Shown: positions 1 to 9,929, counted from the stretch's first letter. The stretch: DNA of 42,751 nt from Thermodesulfovibrionales bacterium (GCA_020062205.1 JAGUWT010000230.1:1-42751), one strand, 5' to 3'. The notes: a model not told the origin generated them from the sequence alone. Numbers and translations: made by a program.

Positions 1-147
1 TGGTACTGTAAGAGCTTTGGAAAGACAGGCAATGTCAAATGAGGGGAAAACTGTAAAATATCACTTTGAAAAGTCTAACCTCAAAATTCTTTGAGGATGA
101 TTTTCCATATAAAGGTTTAAAGGTCTTCAATACAATAAGGAGATGCT

Positions 148-1170
148 ATGCTAAACGAAAAAGTAATTTTAATTACTGGCGGCACCGGTTCTTTCGGTAA
201 AAAGATGACGCAAATTATTCTGGAAAATTACACCCCTAAAAAACTTATTATCTTTAGCCGCGATGAACTTAAACAGTTTGAAATGTCACAAAGGTGGAGT
301 ACAAGAAAGTATCCTTGTCTTCGCTACTTTCTCGGTAGTGTCAGAGATAAAGATAGGTTAATTCATGCTTTTCGTGGTGTAGATTATGTCATTCATGCTG
401 CAGCTCTGAAACAGGTACCTGCTGCCGAATATAATCCCACAGAATTTATTAAAACTAACATTATAGGTGCAATGAATGTTATAGATGCCACTCTATTTAA
501 CAATGTTCAAAAAGTTATAGCCTTATCTACAGATAAGGCATGTAATCCTGTTAATCTTTATGGAGCAACCAAACTATGTTCAGATAAGCTATTTATTGCT
601 GCTAATGCATATAGTGGGAGAAACTCAATCTTTACTGTTGTACGTTATGGGAATGTACTGGGGAGTCGTGGCTCAGTTGTCCCATTTTTCAAAGAGAGGG
701 CTGCAACAGGTGTGTTACCTATTACTGACCCACGTATGACCCGTTTCTGGATTACGCTGGATCAGGCTGCCCATTTTGTACTTAAGGTTTTAGAGATAGC
801 AAAGGGGGAGGAGATATTTGTCCCTAAAATTCCATCTATGAAAATCACCGATCTGGCGAAAGCCATAGCTCCAAATTGTACCCATACAATAATAGGTATT
901 AGACCTGGTGAAAAAATTCACGAAGTGTTAATTGGTGAGGATGATGAACATGATACAATAGAATATAATGAATGTTTTGTAATAAAACAAAAATTAATAT
1001 CTGAAGCAGATCTTAATGGTGGCAAAAGATGTCCAGAAGGCTTTAAGTATACTTCAAACAACAACCCTGATATTATTAGTATTGAAGAGCTTCAAAATAT
1101 AATAGAACAAATCTCCGATGACTATAATATTGAAAAGAGTCGCTGGTCACTGGAAGACATTATACAATAA
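148..1170 (+). CDS. pseB: UDP-N-acetylglucosamine 4,6-dehydratase (inverting), PseB/FlaA1
   Basis: ITGGTGSFG, FSRDELKQFEM, HAAALKQVPAAEYNP, STDKA, NLYGATKL, VRYGNVLGSRGSV, MTRFWITL, GIRPGEKIHE. AAGGAG SD just upstream. Confidence 0.95.
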   Translation: MLNEKVILITGGTGSFGKKMTQIILENYTPKKLIIFSRDELKQFEMSQRWSTRKYPCLRYFLGSVRDKDRLIHAFRGVDYVIHAAALKQVPAAEYNPTEFIKTNIIGAMNVIDATLFNNVQKVIALSTDKACNPVNLYGATKLCSDKLFIAANAYSGRNSIFTVVRYGNVLGSRGSVVPFFKERAATGVLPITDPRMTRFWITLDQAAHFVLKVLEIAKGEEIFVPKIPSMKITDLAKAIAPNCTHTIIGIRPGEKIHEVLIGEDDEHDTIEYNECFVIKQKLISEADLNGGKRCPEGFKYTSNNNPDIISIEELQNIIEQISDDYNIEKSRWSLEDIIQ

Positions 1171-1190
1171 TAAAAAGCAAAAAATTCTTA

Positions 1191-3365
1191 TTGTTTTATA
1201 AACCCTATTATAGAAAAACTAATTTGAGATTGCTCATTACAGGTGTGAGTGGTTTGTTAGGCAACAATCTCGCTTACTACTTTAAGGATAAGTATGAAGT
1301 TCTTGGATTACATTCCTCGCATGCTGTCACAATCAAAGGTATTTATACAGAAAAATGTGATCTTTCATTTAATAACTCCATAAGGAAAATTATTCGTGAT
1401 TTCAATCCATCTGTTATCATTCACTGTGCTTCCTTAACAAACGTGGACCAATGCGAGGTAGATAAAAATCTGACCAAAAAAATAAACGTCCTGTCGACCA
1501 AAAATATTGTCGAAGATATTACCGATAGGGATGTCAAACTTGTCTATATCTCGACCGATTCAGTGTATGACGGGGTAAAAGGGGATTTCTCTGAGGATGA
1601 CAATGTGAATCCACTAAATTACTATGGACTTTCTAAATACGAAGGAGAAGTAGAAGTTTTAAAGAAAAAAAATTCTCTGGTCTTGAGGACTAATATATTC
1701 GGATGGAATATACAAAATAAATTGAGCCTTGGCGAGTGGATTTTGGAAGAGCTTAAGGCGGGAAGGAAAATAAATTGTTTTAAGGATGCCTATTTCTCTA
1801 CAATATATACACTGGAACTTGCAAGGGTAATTGACATTGCGATTCAAAATAACTTGAGTGGCATCTATAATTGCGGCGGTACCAATTCATGCTCAAAGTA
1901 CGAATTTGCCCATAAGATAGCCAGTTGTTTCGGATTTGATAAGACATTTATAGCCCCCATCTTTATAGATGATTTCGGTTTTAAAGCTAAGAGGGGGAAA
2001 AAACTTACTTTAAATGTAAATAAGCTTCAAAAAGAGCTTGATTATAAGTTGCCAACTATAGAGCAATCGATAGAATCGTTTTATAAAGATTACAAGTGCG
2101 GATTGCCAGACATGATTAAAAAAGGTCAGTCAGCAAGTCGTGAGGAATTCAATTTTATACCATACGGAAGACACTGGATTGACGAAAACGACATTCAGGC
2201 TGTTGCCAGCGTGCTACGCTCGGATCGCATTACTCAGGGACCCAAGGTTGAGGAATTCGAGAAAGCACTTACTGAATATACTGGGGCAAGATATGCTGTT
2301 GTAGTGAGCTCAGGGACAGCAGCCCTGCACATTGCATGTCTTGCCGCAGGGGTGAAAGAAGGAGACGAAGTCATAACCTCTCCGATAACTTTTACTGCAA
2401 GTGCAAATTGCATTCTTTATTGTGGAGGCAAGCCGGTATTTGCAGATATAGACAAGGGCACTTACAATATTGATCCTACCGAAATAGAAAAGAAAATAAC
2501 TTCAAGAACCAAGGCTATAATCCCTGTCCATTTTGCTGGACAAAGCTGCGATATGGAATCAATACATAAAATTGTTATTGAAGCCGAAAAAAAATATGGG
2601 CACAAGATTTATATAATTGAAGATGCCTGCCATGCGCTTGGTTCATTATATAAAAAGAATAAGGTTGGATCATGCAAATTTTCTCATATGACAGTAATGA
2701 GTTTCCATCCGGTAAAGCATATCACCACTGGAGAAGGTGGAATAGTTCTTACAAATGATAAGGAACTTTATAGTAGACTTAAGAGGCTTAGGTCACATGG
2801 TATTACAAGCAACCCTGAAGAATTTGTCTACCGGCACTATGCCTTTCAGTCCAATGGGATGTTGAACCCCTGGTATTATGAACAGATCGACCTCGGATAT
2901 AATTATCGCATTACGGATATCCAATGTGCCCTTGGACTTTCCCAAATGAAAAACCTCGATGATTTTCGAAGGCTGAGAAAAACTATTGTCAACAGGTATA
3001 ACAAAGCCTTTGGTGGCATAAGATATATCCAGACTCCGTATGAATCAACTGATTGCGAAAGTAATTTCCACCTTTATGTGATCCTGTTCGATTTCGAAGC
3101 CATTGGAAGAGGACGTACGGAATTCATGCTTGAACTTAAGAGGCGCGAAATTCAAACGCAGGTGCACTATATACCTGTATACACCCAGCCGTTTTATAGA
3201 AAAACGTTTGGTACGGACTGGGGAGATTGTCCAAACGCCGAAGCATATTATAAAAGATGCCTTTCCATTCCGCTCTTTCCCGCCATGACTGAGAATGACG
3301 TGGAAAATGTGATCACTGAAATAAAGGAGTTAGTTGAATCATCAAAACGTTCTAAATTCATATGA
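1191..3365 (+). CDS. pseC: Fusion: N-terminal RmlD-like SDR reductase + C-terminal PseC-type UDP-4-keto-6-deoxy-HexNAc aminotransferase (DegT family). Start may be TTG at 1224
   Basis: N-half: ITGVSGLLG, HCASLTNVDQCE, YISTDSVYDG, YGLSK (YxxxK). C-half from about aa 322: IPYGRHWIDENDI, SSGTAALH, EDACHALG, SFHPVKHITTGEGG, LGYNYRITDIQCALG, QVHYIPV. One continuous frame. Confidence 0.88.
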   Translation: MFYKPYYRKTNLRLLITGVSGLLGNNLAYYFKDKYEVLGLHSSHAVTIKGIYTEKCDLSFNNSIRKIIRDFNPSVIIHCASLTNVDQCEVDKNLTKKINVLSTKNIVEDITDRDVKLVYISTDSVYDGVKGDFSEDDNVNPLNYYGLSKYEGEVEVLKKKNSLVLRTNIFGWNIQNKLSLGEWILEELKAGRKINCFKDAYFSTIYTLELARVIDIAIQNNLSGIYNCGGTNSCSKYEFAHKIASCFGFDKTFIAPIFIDDFGFKAKRGKKLTLNVNKLQKELDYKLPTIEQSIESFYKDYKCGLPDMIKKGQSASREEFNFIPYGRHWIDENDIQAVASVLRSDRITQGPKVEEFEKALTEYTGARYAVVVSSGTAALHIACLAAGVKEGDEVITSPITFTASANCILYCGGKPVFADIDKGTYNIDPTEIEKKITSRTKAIIPVHFAGQSCDMESIHKIVIEAEKKYGHKIYIIEDACHALGSLYKKNKVGSCKFSHMTVMSFHPVKHITTGEGGIVLTNDKELYSRLKRLRSHGITSNPEEFVYRHYAFQSNGMLNPWYYEQIDLGYNYRITDIQCALGLSQMKNLDDFRRLRKTIVNRYNKAFGGIRYIQTPYESTDCESNFHLYVILFDFEAIGRGRTEFMLELKRREIQTQVHYIPVYTQPFYRKTFGTDWGDCPNAEAYYKRCLSIPLFPAMTENDVENVITEIKELVESSKRSKFI

Positions 3366-3390
3366 TATGCCACGGATCGGGAGTTAGGAA

Positions 3391-4752
3391 ATGAAGATAT
3401 TATTGATAAATCCACCCATCAGGGAATGGGCAAAGCCAAATGTTTTACCGCTCGGGCTTGGTTATATAGCATCGGTTTTAAGGTGCAAGGGACATGAAGT
3501 CGAGGTGATGGACATAAACGCGTTTAGATGGAAACCCCATTACGTCGAGGAAAAGATAAAAAATGCCGAATTCGACGTCGCTGGCATAGGTGCCATCGTG
3601 ACTGTGTACAAGTACGTAAAGTGGCTTGTTGGTATTCTGAGAGGCCATCATCCAGGAAAGAAAATAGTAGTTGGTGGAAGCATGGGAACCTCTATACCAC
3701 ATATCATTCTTGAAAAGACTGATGCTGACATAGCCTGCATCGGTGAAGGCGAGGTCACCGCCGCTGAGATAACTGAAGCGGTGGAAAACGGTAGTGACTT
3801 ATCCCGGGTCGAAGGCATATGGTACAGGAAAGACGGAAGGATTTGCGTGAATAATAAGAGAGCGCCAATAAAAAACCTTGATGCAGTTCCTTTGCCTGCT
3901 TGGGACCTATTCCCGATGGATATTTATCTAAAAAACCCCGTAGGTGCTCCAAACAGGAACAAATGGATAGACGGAAGCTCCGAAAGCAATACAGTGCTTT
4001 CGATGAATCTGAGTGGCACACGTGGATGCCCTTATAAATGCATTTACTGCTATCACGACTTCATGGGTCAGGGTTATAGGCATAGGTCCCCAGAAAACAT
4101 CGTCACCGAGATGAAGATTTTGAAAGAGAGTTACGGCGTAGAGTACTTCCATTTCATAGACGACGAGTTCTGCCTGAAAAAGGGTTTTGTGTTCGATTTC
4201 TGCAAGGCTGTTAAAGAGGAGTTTAAAGGAAGGATAACATGGGGCTGTGCAGGAAGAGTTAACCTTATGACCGAAGATCTAATTGCTGAAATGGCTGATT
4301 CTGGATGTACCTTGATAGGTTACGGAATAGAGTCAGGAAGCCAGAAAATGCTGAATGCAATGAAAAAAGGCGTTACAGTCAAACAGGCTAAGGATACCCT
4401 GAGATGGACTATAAAGCATTTGGGATGGGCGGACACCTCTTTTATGATAGGCACCCCCGGAGAGAATAGGGAGACCATACAGGAAACAATTGATTTTTGT
4501 AAAGAACTTGGTTTAAACCCGGCTGTAATATTTTTTACAACACCGTATCCCGGGACTGAGTTGTATCGCATGGCGCTACAGCAGGGCAAAATAATAGACG
4601 AAGAAGAATATATTCTTAATCTTGGAGAGCAAGGAGAAAAAATAAGGGTGAATTTCTCTGAACTTGCAGATGAGGAGCTATGGGAGGCACAGGAATACAT
4701 GATTAAAGAACTGAATGCATGGAACAAGATAAAACATCCTGAGAGCAGATGA
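3391..4752 (+). CDS. Cobalamin (B12)-binding radical SAM protein (class B methyltransferase-like)
   Basis: N-terminal B12-binding domain (LLINPP...PLGLGYIAS...VVGG...GEGE), TRGCPYKCIYC (CxxxCxxC), FIDDEF, YGIESGSQ, TPYPGTEL. Confidence 0.9.
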   Translation: MKILLINPPIREWAKPNVLPLGLGYIASVLRCKGHEVEVMDINAFRWKPHYVEEKIKNAEFDVAGIGAIVTVYKYVKWLVGILRGHHPGKKIVVGGSMGTSIPHIILEKTDADIACIGEGEVTAAEITEAVENGSDLSRVEGIWYRKDGRICVNNKRAPIKNLDAVPLPAWDLFPMDIYLKNPVGAPNRNKWIDGSSESNTVLSMNLSGTRGCPYKCIYCYHDFMGQGYRHRSPENIVTEMKILKESYGVEYFHFIDDEFCLKKGFVFDFCKAVKEEFKGRITWGCAGRVNLMTEDLIAEMADSGCTLIGYGIESGSQKMLNAMKKGVTVKQAKDTLRWTIKHLGWADTSFMIGTPGENRETIQETIDFCKELGLNPAVIFFTTPYPGTELYRMALQQGKIIDEEEYILNLGEQGEKIRVNFSELADEELWEAQEYMIKELNAWNKIKHPESR

Positions 4753-5753
4753 GACAGAACATGAAAATATTAGTTTTAGGGTGTGGTTCGGTGGGCAAGA
4801 GGCATATCCGCAATTTACTTTCTCTGAATGCTGGTAAAACAGCAGCCTACGACATCAACGAAGATAAGCTGGATGCAATCAAAAAAGAATTCTCTATTGA
4901 TGTTTATTCTGATTTAAACAGAGCCTTGTCAGAAGACAAATACGATGCAGCCTTAATTTGCAGCCCTCCCAGCTGCCATGTTGCTCAGGCGTCCCTTTTG
5001 CTGGAAAATGGAATGCATTGTTTTATAGAGAAGCCAATGTCGCACAATCTTGAAGGGATTGATAAGCTTATTGAGACAGCCTTCAAGAAACAAAAGGCAG
5101 TGCTTGTAGGATACTCGCTTAGGTTTTCTCCGATGCTTGTCAATATCAAAAGGTTGGTAGACGAAGGGGCAGTAGGGAATATCCTTTCATTGAGGGCATC
5201 TGTTGGCTATTACCTGCCGTACTGGCGTCCTCACGAAGATTACAGAAGAGGTTACGGTGCAAGTCTGGAATTAGGCGGAGGCATTGTGCTGGATGCAAGT
5301 CACGAAATTGATTATGTCCGTTATCTTGCCGGAGAGGTAGAAGAAGTTTTTGCAGTCTGCAGGAAACTGAGCAAATTAGATATAGACACGGAGGATTTTG
5401 CAGAGATTACAATGCGCCATAAAAACGGAGCATATTCACAGATACACCTTGATTATCTGCAAAGTAATTATAGAAGGAACTGTGAAATTATTGGCGATGA
5501 AGGTATGATTCTCTGGGATATTAATGAGCGTATTCTTAAACTCTATGACCTGCATGATAAGGAATACCATGTTTACTATGAAGGCCTGAATGTAAATGTT
5601 AATGATATGTTTATCGAAGAACTCAGGCACTTTTTCAGATGCATACAGGGGGATGAGGACCCTGTTATTGACCTTAAGGAGGGCAAACGCATTCAGGAAG
5701 TAATTATGCGGATTAAGCAGTCTTCAGATGAAAAAAAGTTCCTTTCTGTTTAA
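4749..5753 (+). CDS. Gfo/Idh/MocA family NAD(P)-dependent oxidoreductase
   Basis: GCGSVGKRH Rossmann motif, IEKP, GYSLRF, GGGIVLDASHEIDY. Alternative ATG at 4761. Confidence 0.9.
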   Translation: MRQNMKILVLGCGSVGKRHIRNLLSLNAGKTAAYDINEDKLDAIKKEFSIDVYSDLNRALSEDKYDAALICSPPSCHVAQASLLLENGMHCFIEKPMSHNLEGIDKLIETAFKKQKAVLVGYSLRFSPMLVNIKRLVDEGAVGNILSLRASVGYYLPYWRPHEDYRRGYGASLELGGGIVLDASHEIDYVRYLAGEVEEVFAVCRKLSKLDIDTEDFAEITMRHKNGAYSQIHLDYLQSNYRRNCEIIGDEGMILWDINERILKLYDLHDKEYHVYYEGLNVNVNDMFIEELRHFFRCIQGDEDPVIDLKEGKRIQEVIMRIKQSSDEKKFLSV

Positions 5754-5756
5754 AAA

Positions 5757-6542
5757 ATGGTATTAACAAAGATTCAAAAGGTTACAGCATTAATACAGGC
5801 ACGATTGGGTTCAACAAGACTTCCGGGCAAGACCCTGATGACTATTGCGGGAGAAAGTCTTCTTGGCCATCTTGTGAAAAGAGTAAAAGCATCCCGCTAT
5901 GTAAATGAGATTATAATTGCTACGACCATAAACTACAGGGATGACGCAATAGTCAAGTTTGCTGTAGGTAACAATCTTAAATTTTATCGGGGAAGTGAAG
6001 AAGACGTCCTTGAACGTTTTTACCAGGCTGCTGTTGAATACGGCATAGAGACAATTGTAAGGATTACTCCTGATTGTCCGATGTTAGACCCTGAAATTAT
6101 GGATGCTGTTATTTCGAAGTATTTGGAAGGAAATCATAATTATGTTAGTAATGTTCTTCCGCCCACGTTTCCGGATGGGTTAGATACAGAAGTTTTTTCA
6201 TTCAGGACCCTTGAAAAGACATGGCATGAGGCAAGACTTCCCTCCGAACGGGAACATGTTACTCCTTATATTGTTAAACATCCTGAGCTATTCCGTCATT
6301 TTAATGTTAAAAAGGAAGGTGAAGACCTTTCTTGGTTGAGATTGACGGTTGATACCCGAGATGATTATGACTTTGTTTGTAAAATTTTTGAGTTGCTTTA
6401 CCACCCAAATGAGATATTTCATATGGAGGATGTTCTCGCCTTATTAAAGGAAAACCCTCAACTTTTAAAAATAAACAGTGGAATATTGAGAAATGAAGGG
6501 TATAAAATATCTCTTTTAAAAGATAATAAATATGGAACATAA
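5757..6542 (+). CDS. spsF: SpsF-type cytidylyltransferase (candidate CMP-nonulosonate synthetase, PseF role)
   Basis: IQARLGSTRLPGK, RGSEEDVLERF, RITPDCP, TFPDGLDTE, REHVTPYI, RLTVDT. Confidence 0.85.
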   Translation: MVLTKIQKVTALIQARLGSTRLPGKTLMTIAGESLLGHLVKRVKASRYVNEIIIATTINYRDDAIVKFAVGNNLKFYRGSEEDVLERFYQAAVEYGIETIVRITPDCPMLDPEIMDAVISKYLEGNHNYVSNVLPPTFPDGLDTEVFSFRTLEKTWHEARLPSEREHVTPYIVKHPELFRHFNVKKEGEDLSWLRLTVDTRDDYDFVCKIFELLYHPNEIFHMEDVLALLKENPQLLKINSGILRNEGYKISLLKDNKYGT

Positions 6543-7833
6543 TTATTCTGACCGATATAGATTATCCCTGCAAATGCTCGAAAGGGCGATTAAGACCATC
6601 CCTCTCGGCTCCCAGACCTTCAGCAAGAGCAAAACACAATATCCTTATGGCGTTTCTCCTTACTTCATCAAAAAGGGAAAGGGATCCCGTGTATGGGATG
6701 TGGATGGCAATGAATACATTGACTTTATAAATGCATTGGCTGCCGTTACCCTTGGTTATAACGACCCTGATGTTACAAATGCTGTAAAGGCTCAACTTGA
6801 AGAAGGAACTATATTTAGCTTGCCTCATGAGCTTGAAGTCAAGGTGGCTGAAAAAATAGTAGAGATGGTTCCCTGTGCTGAAATGGTGCGTTTCGGGAAA
6901 AATGGCTCTGATGTCACTTCTGGAGCAATCAGACTTGCAAGGGCATGTACAAAAAGAGAGCATGTTGCTGTATGCGGCTATCACGGCTGGCAGGACTGGT
7001 ATATAGGCTCTACTTCACGCAATCTTGGGGTACCACAATCAACAAGGGATTTAACACATACATTCGCATATAATAATATTGATTCTTTATACAAAGTTTT
7101 TCAGCAATATCCTGACCAGATAGCTACTGTTATTATGGAACCAATGAATGTAAGTGAACCGAAGGATAATTTTTTAGAAAAGGTTAAAGACCTGACACAT
7201 AAAAACAAAGCGGTATTTATATTTGATGAGACGATTACCGGATTCCGTTATTCAACCGGTGGAGCACAGGAGTATTTTGGCGTAATCCCGGACCTTGCAA
7301 CATTTGGAAAGGGGCTGGCTAACGGTTATCCTGTATCAGCCGTTGCAGGAAAGGTGGAAATAATGCGATTGATGGAGGAAATATTCTTTTCCTTTACCTT
7401 TGGAGGAGAGACCCTGTCATTGGCTGCTGCATTGGCTACGATGACAAAATTGCAGAAAGAGCCGGTAATTGAAAAATTATGGTCACAGGGGAGGAAAGTA
7501 GTTGACGGAACAAAATTGTTAATCGAGAATCATAGATTGGAAGATGTGTTGTCAATCGGGGGAAAGGAATGCTGGTCTTTTTTGATATTCAAAGATAGCG
7601 ATATATATTCCCAGTGGGAACTGAAAACCTTGTTCCTACAGGAAGTATTCAGACGGGGTATTCTGGCACTTGGAACGCACAATATGAGTTATGCTCACAC
7701 CGATGAAGACATCTCTAAACTTTTAGGAATATATGATGAAGTCTTTGCGATTATCAAAAATACCATCGTAAACAGGAATTTAAACGAAATGCTGCAAAGT
7801 GAAGTTCTGGTTCCGCTTTTTAAGATAAGATGA
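6532..7833 (+). CDS. Class-III PLP aminotransferase (glutamate-1-semialdehyde aminomutase-like), probably sugar-modifying
   Basis: PLGSQTFSKS, WDVDGNEYID, FGKNGSD, GYHGWQDW, FDETITGFR, TFGKGLANG. Overlaps both neighbouring genes. Confidence 0.88.
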   Translation: MEHNYSDRYRLSLQMLERAIKTIPLGSQTFSKSKTQYPYGVSPYFIKKGKGSRVWDVDGNEYIDFINALAAVTLGYNDPDVTNAVKAQLEEGTIFSLPHELEVKVAEKIVEMVPCAEMVRFGKNGSDVTSGAIRLARACTKREHVAVCGYHGWQDWYIGSTSRNLGVPQSTRDLTHTFAYNNIDSLYKVFQQYPDQIATVIMEPMNVSEPKDNFLEKVKDLTHKNKAVFIFDETITGFRYSTGGAQEYFGVIPDLATFGKGLANGYPVSAVAGKVEIMRLMEEIFFSFTFGGETLSLAAALATMTKLQKEPVIEKLWSQGRKVVDGTKLLIENHRLEDVLSIGGKECWSFLIFKDSDIYSQWELKTLFLQEVFRRGILALGTHNMSYAHTDEDISKLLGIYDEVFAIIKNTIVNRNLNEMLQSEVLVPLFKIR

Positions 7834-8864
7834 ACATTGTTATCCGGACAGATGCATCTGTTAATGTAGGCGCAGGGCATGTAATGCGCAGTTTGACACT
7901 ATCTGATGAACTGAGACGTTTTGATGCAAAAGTTTTTTATATCTGCCGTGAGGAGTTAGGTAACTCTATAGCACTAATCGAGGAAAAGGGTTATAAAGTT
8001 TATCGGTTGCCGTATAATGACCTCCGCTTCGGAACTGAAATCGAAAAAGTAAAGACTGCTTTAATTGATATAAGTAATGTTGACTTATTGATAGTTGACC
8101 ATTATGAGTCGGATGCACAATGGGAAAGGCAAATGCGGGTTTATGTGAAAAGACTTATGGTTATAGATGACTTAGCCGACAGATATCATGATTGCGATAT
8201 ACTTTTGAATCAAAATTTTTACGAAGGGTTTCAGACACGCTATGACGGTATGGTTCCTGAGCACTGCCAAAAATTATTGGGTCCGCAATATGCCTTATTG
8301 CGCCGAGAATTTATAGAGTCCCGCAAAAAGTTAAGAAAGCGGAATGGAGATATTAAAAGGCTTTTAGTGTTTTTCGGAAGCAGCGACCCTACAAACGAAA
8401 CCGCTAAAGCCCTATCAGCTTTAAAGCTGTTTAACAATCGCTTTTCTGTGGATGTGGTGGTAGGGGATAATAACCCGCGAAGGGAAATGATAAAGGATAT
8501 GTGTAGTGTTATGCCAGGCGCCGAATATTACTGCCCGGCGGATAACATGGCGGAGTTAATGGTTAATGCCGATTTGTCAATAGGTTCTGGAGGCAGCACT
8601 ACATGGGAGAGATGCTGTTTGGGGTTACCTGCGCTGGTGGCTGTTTTATCGGATAATCAGTATGAATTGACCTTAGCAGTTGAGAAATATGGCGCTCTTA
8701 TAAACTTGGGATGGGGACATAGTTTAGTACCTGAGGATTATTCTGATGCAATCAATAACATCACTGCACGGCATTTATCCGTGATGAGTGCTAAGGGGCT
8801 GAGTTTAGTAGACGGTGAGGGATGCCCCCGCGTAGCACAAAAAATACTTTCTTTTATAGGATAA
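7830..8864 (+). CDS. pseG: UDP-2,4-diacetamido-2,4,6-trideoxy-beta-L-altropyranose hydrolase
   Basis: IRTDAS..VGAGHVMRSLTL, IVDHY, VIDDLADR, LLGPQYALLR, FFGSSDP, GSGGSTTWER, DNQ, VDGEG. Confidence 0.9.
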   Translation: MNIVIRTDASVNVGAGHVMRSLTLSDELRRFDAKVFYICREELGNSIALIEEKGYKVYRLPYNDLRFGTEIEKVKTALIDISNVDLLIVDHYESDAQWERQMRVYVKRLMVIDDLADRYHDCDILLNQNFYEGFQTRYDGMVPEHCQKLLGPQYALLRREFIESRKKLRKRNGDIKRLLVFFGSSDPTNETAKALSALKLFNNRFSVDVVVGDNNPRREMIKDMCSVMPGAEYYCPADNMAELMVNADLSIGSGGSTTWERCCLGLPALVAVLSDNQYELTLAVEKYGALINLGWGHSLVPEDYSDAINNITARHLSVMSAKGLSLVDGEGCPRVAQKILSFIG

Positions 8865-8876
8865 AAAATTTAGGTT

Positions 8877-9929
8877 ATGGAAAAAATACAAATCGGTGAC
8901 CGTATAATAACTAAAGGATGTTCTCCCTTCATTATTGCCGAAGCAGGGATCAATCATAACGGGGAACTTGAAAAAGCATTTGCCATGATTAATGCAGCAA
9001 AGGAAGCAGGTGCAGATGCAGTTAAATTTCAGACCTTTAAAGCCGAAGAATTTATTACAGACCCTGATTTACCATATACTTATGTGTCACAGGGAAAAGA
9101 GATTACCGAATCCATGCTAAAAATGTTTAAACGATATGAGTTTAACCGTGAAGAATGGTATTTAATTAAAAAAAGATGCGATGAAGAGGGGATTATGTTT
9201 TTGTCCACTCCTCAAAACCGTTCTGACCTTGATTTGCTATTGAAAATTGGAATTCCGGCCATTAAGGTTGGTTCTGATGATTTTACCAATTTACCATCGT
9301 TGAAAAGTTACTCTCAGACAAAGTTGCCGATGATTGTTTCATGTGGAATGTCTGATTTGGCTGAAGTCTATCGTGCCCTTGAAGCAGTAGGCTCTCTTGA
9401 TGGTTACCCTACTGTATTAATGCTTTGTACCAGCCAATATCCCACCCCACTACAAGACGTAAATCTGCTTAAATTAAGGACGTTAATCGATGCATTCCCT
9501 ATGGTGTTGCTCGGATTTTCCGATCATACACAGGGCAACCTCGCATCTTCGTTAGCCGTTGCTTTTGGCGCAGTAGTATTTGAAAAACATTTCACCTTAA
9601 GCCATAATTTACCAGGGCCTGACCACTGGTTCTCTGAAGACCCGGTTGGGTTAAAACAATGGGTTAATTCAATCAGGGATGCCTTTATTATGATGGGAAG
9701 TGCAGATGTGAGGCCCACGGAAGCCGAACTTAGTGCAAGAACCCTTGCACGCCGCAGCATAGTGGCGATTCGTGATATAAATAAAGGGGATTTATTAACC
9801 GATGCCAATGTCGGTTTGAGAAGGCCTGGTAATGGGCTGCCGCCTGAAATGCTCGACAAAATAATCGGTTTGAAGGCTACCTGTCGGATTTCTAAAGGGA
9901 GTCTATTGCAATTTGGTGATTTTAAATAA
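8877..9929 (+). CDS. neuB: NeuB-family nonulosonic acid synthase with C-terminal SAF domain (PseI role inferred from context)
   Basis: IAEAGINHNG, AVKFQTF, KVGSDD, GFSDHT, EKHFT, GPDH, RRS...RRPGNG (antifreeze-like/SAF tail). Confidence 0.9.
   Translation: MEKIQIGDRIITKGCSPFIIAEAGINHNGELEKAFAMINAAKEAGADAVKFQTFKAEEFITDPDLPYTYVSQGKEITESMLKMFKRYEFNREEWYLIKKRCDEEGIMFLSTPQNRSDLDLLLKIGIPAIKVGSDDFTNLPSLKSYSQTKLPMIVSCGMSDLAEVYRALEAVGSLDGYPTVLMLCTSQYPTPLQDVNLLKLRTLIDAFPMVLLGFSDHTQGNLASSLAVAFGAVVFEKHFTLSHNLPGPDHWFSEDPVGLKQWVNSIRDAFIMMGSADVRPTEAELSARTLARRSIVAIRDINKGDLLTDANVGLRRPGNGLPPEMLDKIIGLKATCRISKGSLLQFGDFK

Noticed and set aside
1-42. Possible 3' end of an upstream gene (WYCKSFGKTGNVK*), like an SDR epimerase tail
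   Set aside because: Only 13 codons; too short to support a call.
6532-7833. hemL (tetrapyrrole synthesis) assignment
   Set aside because: Overlaps spsF and pseG, with no heme genes nearby; a sugar aminotransferase role is more plausible.
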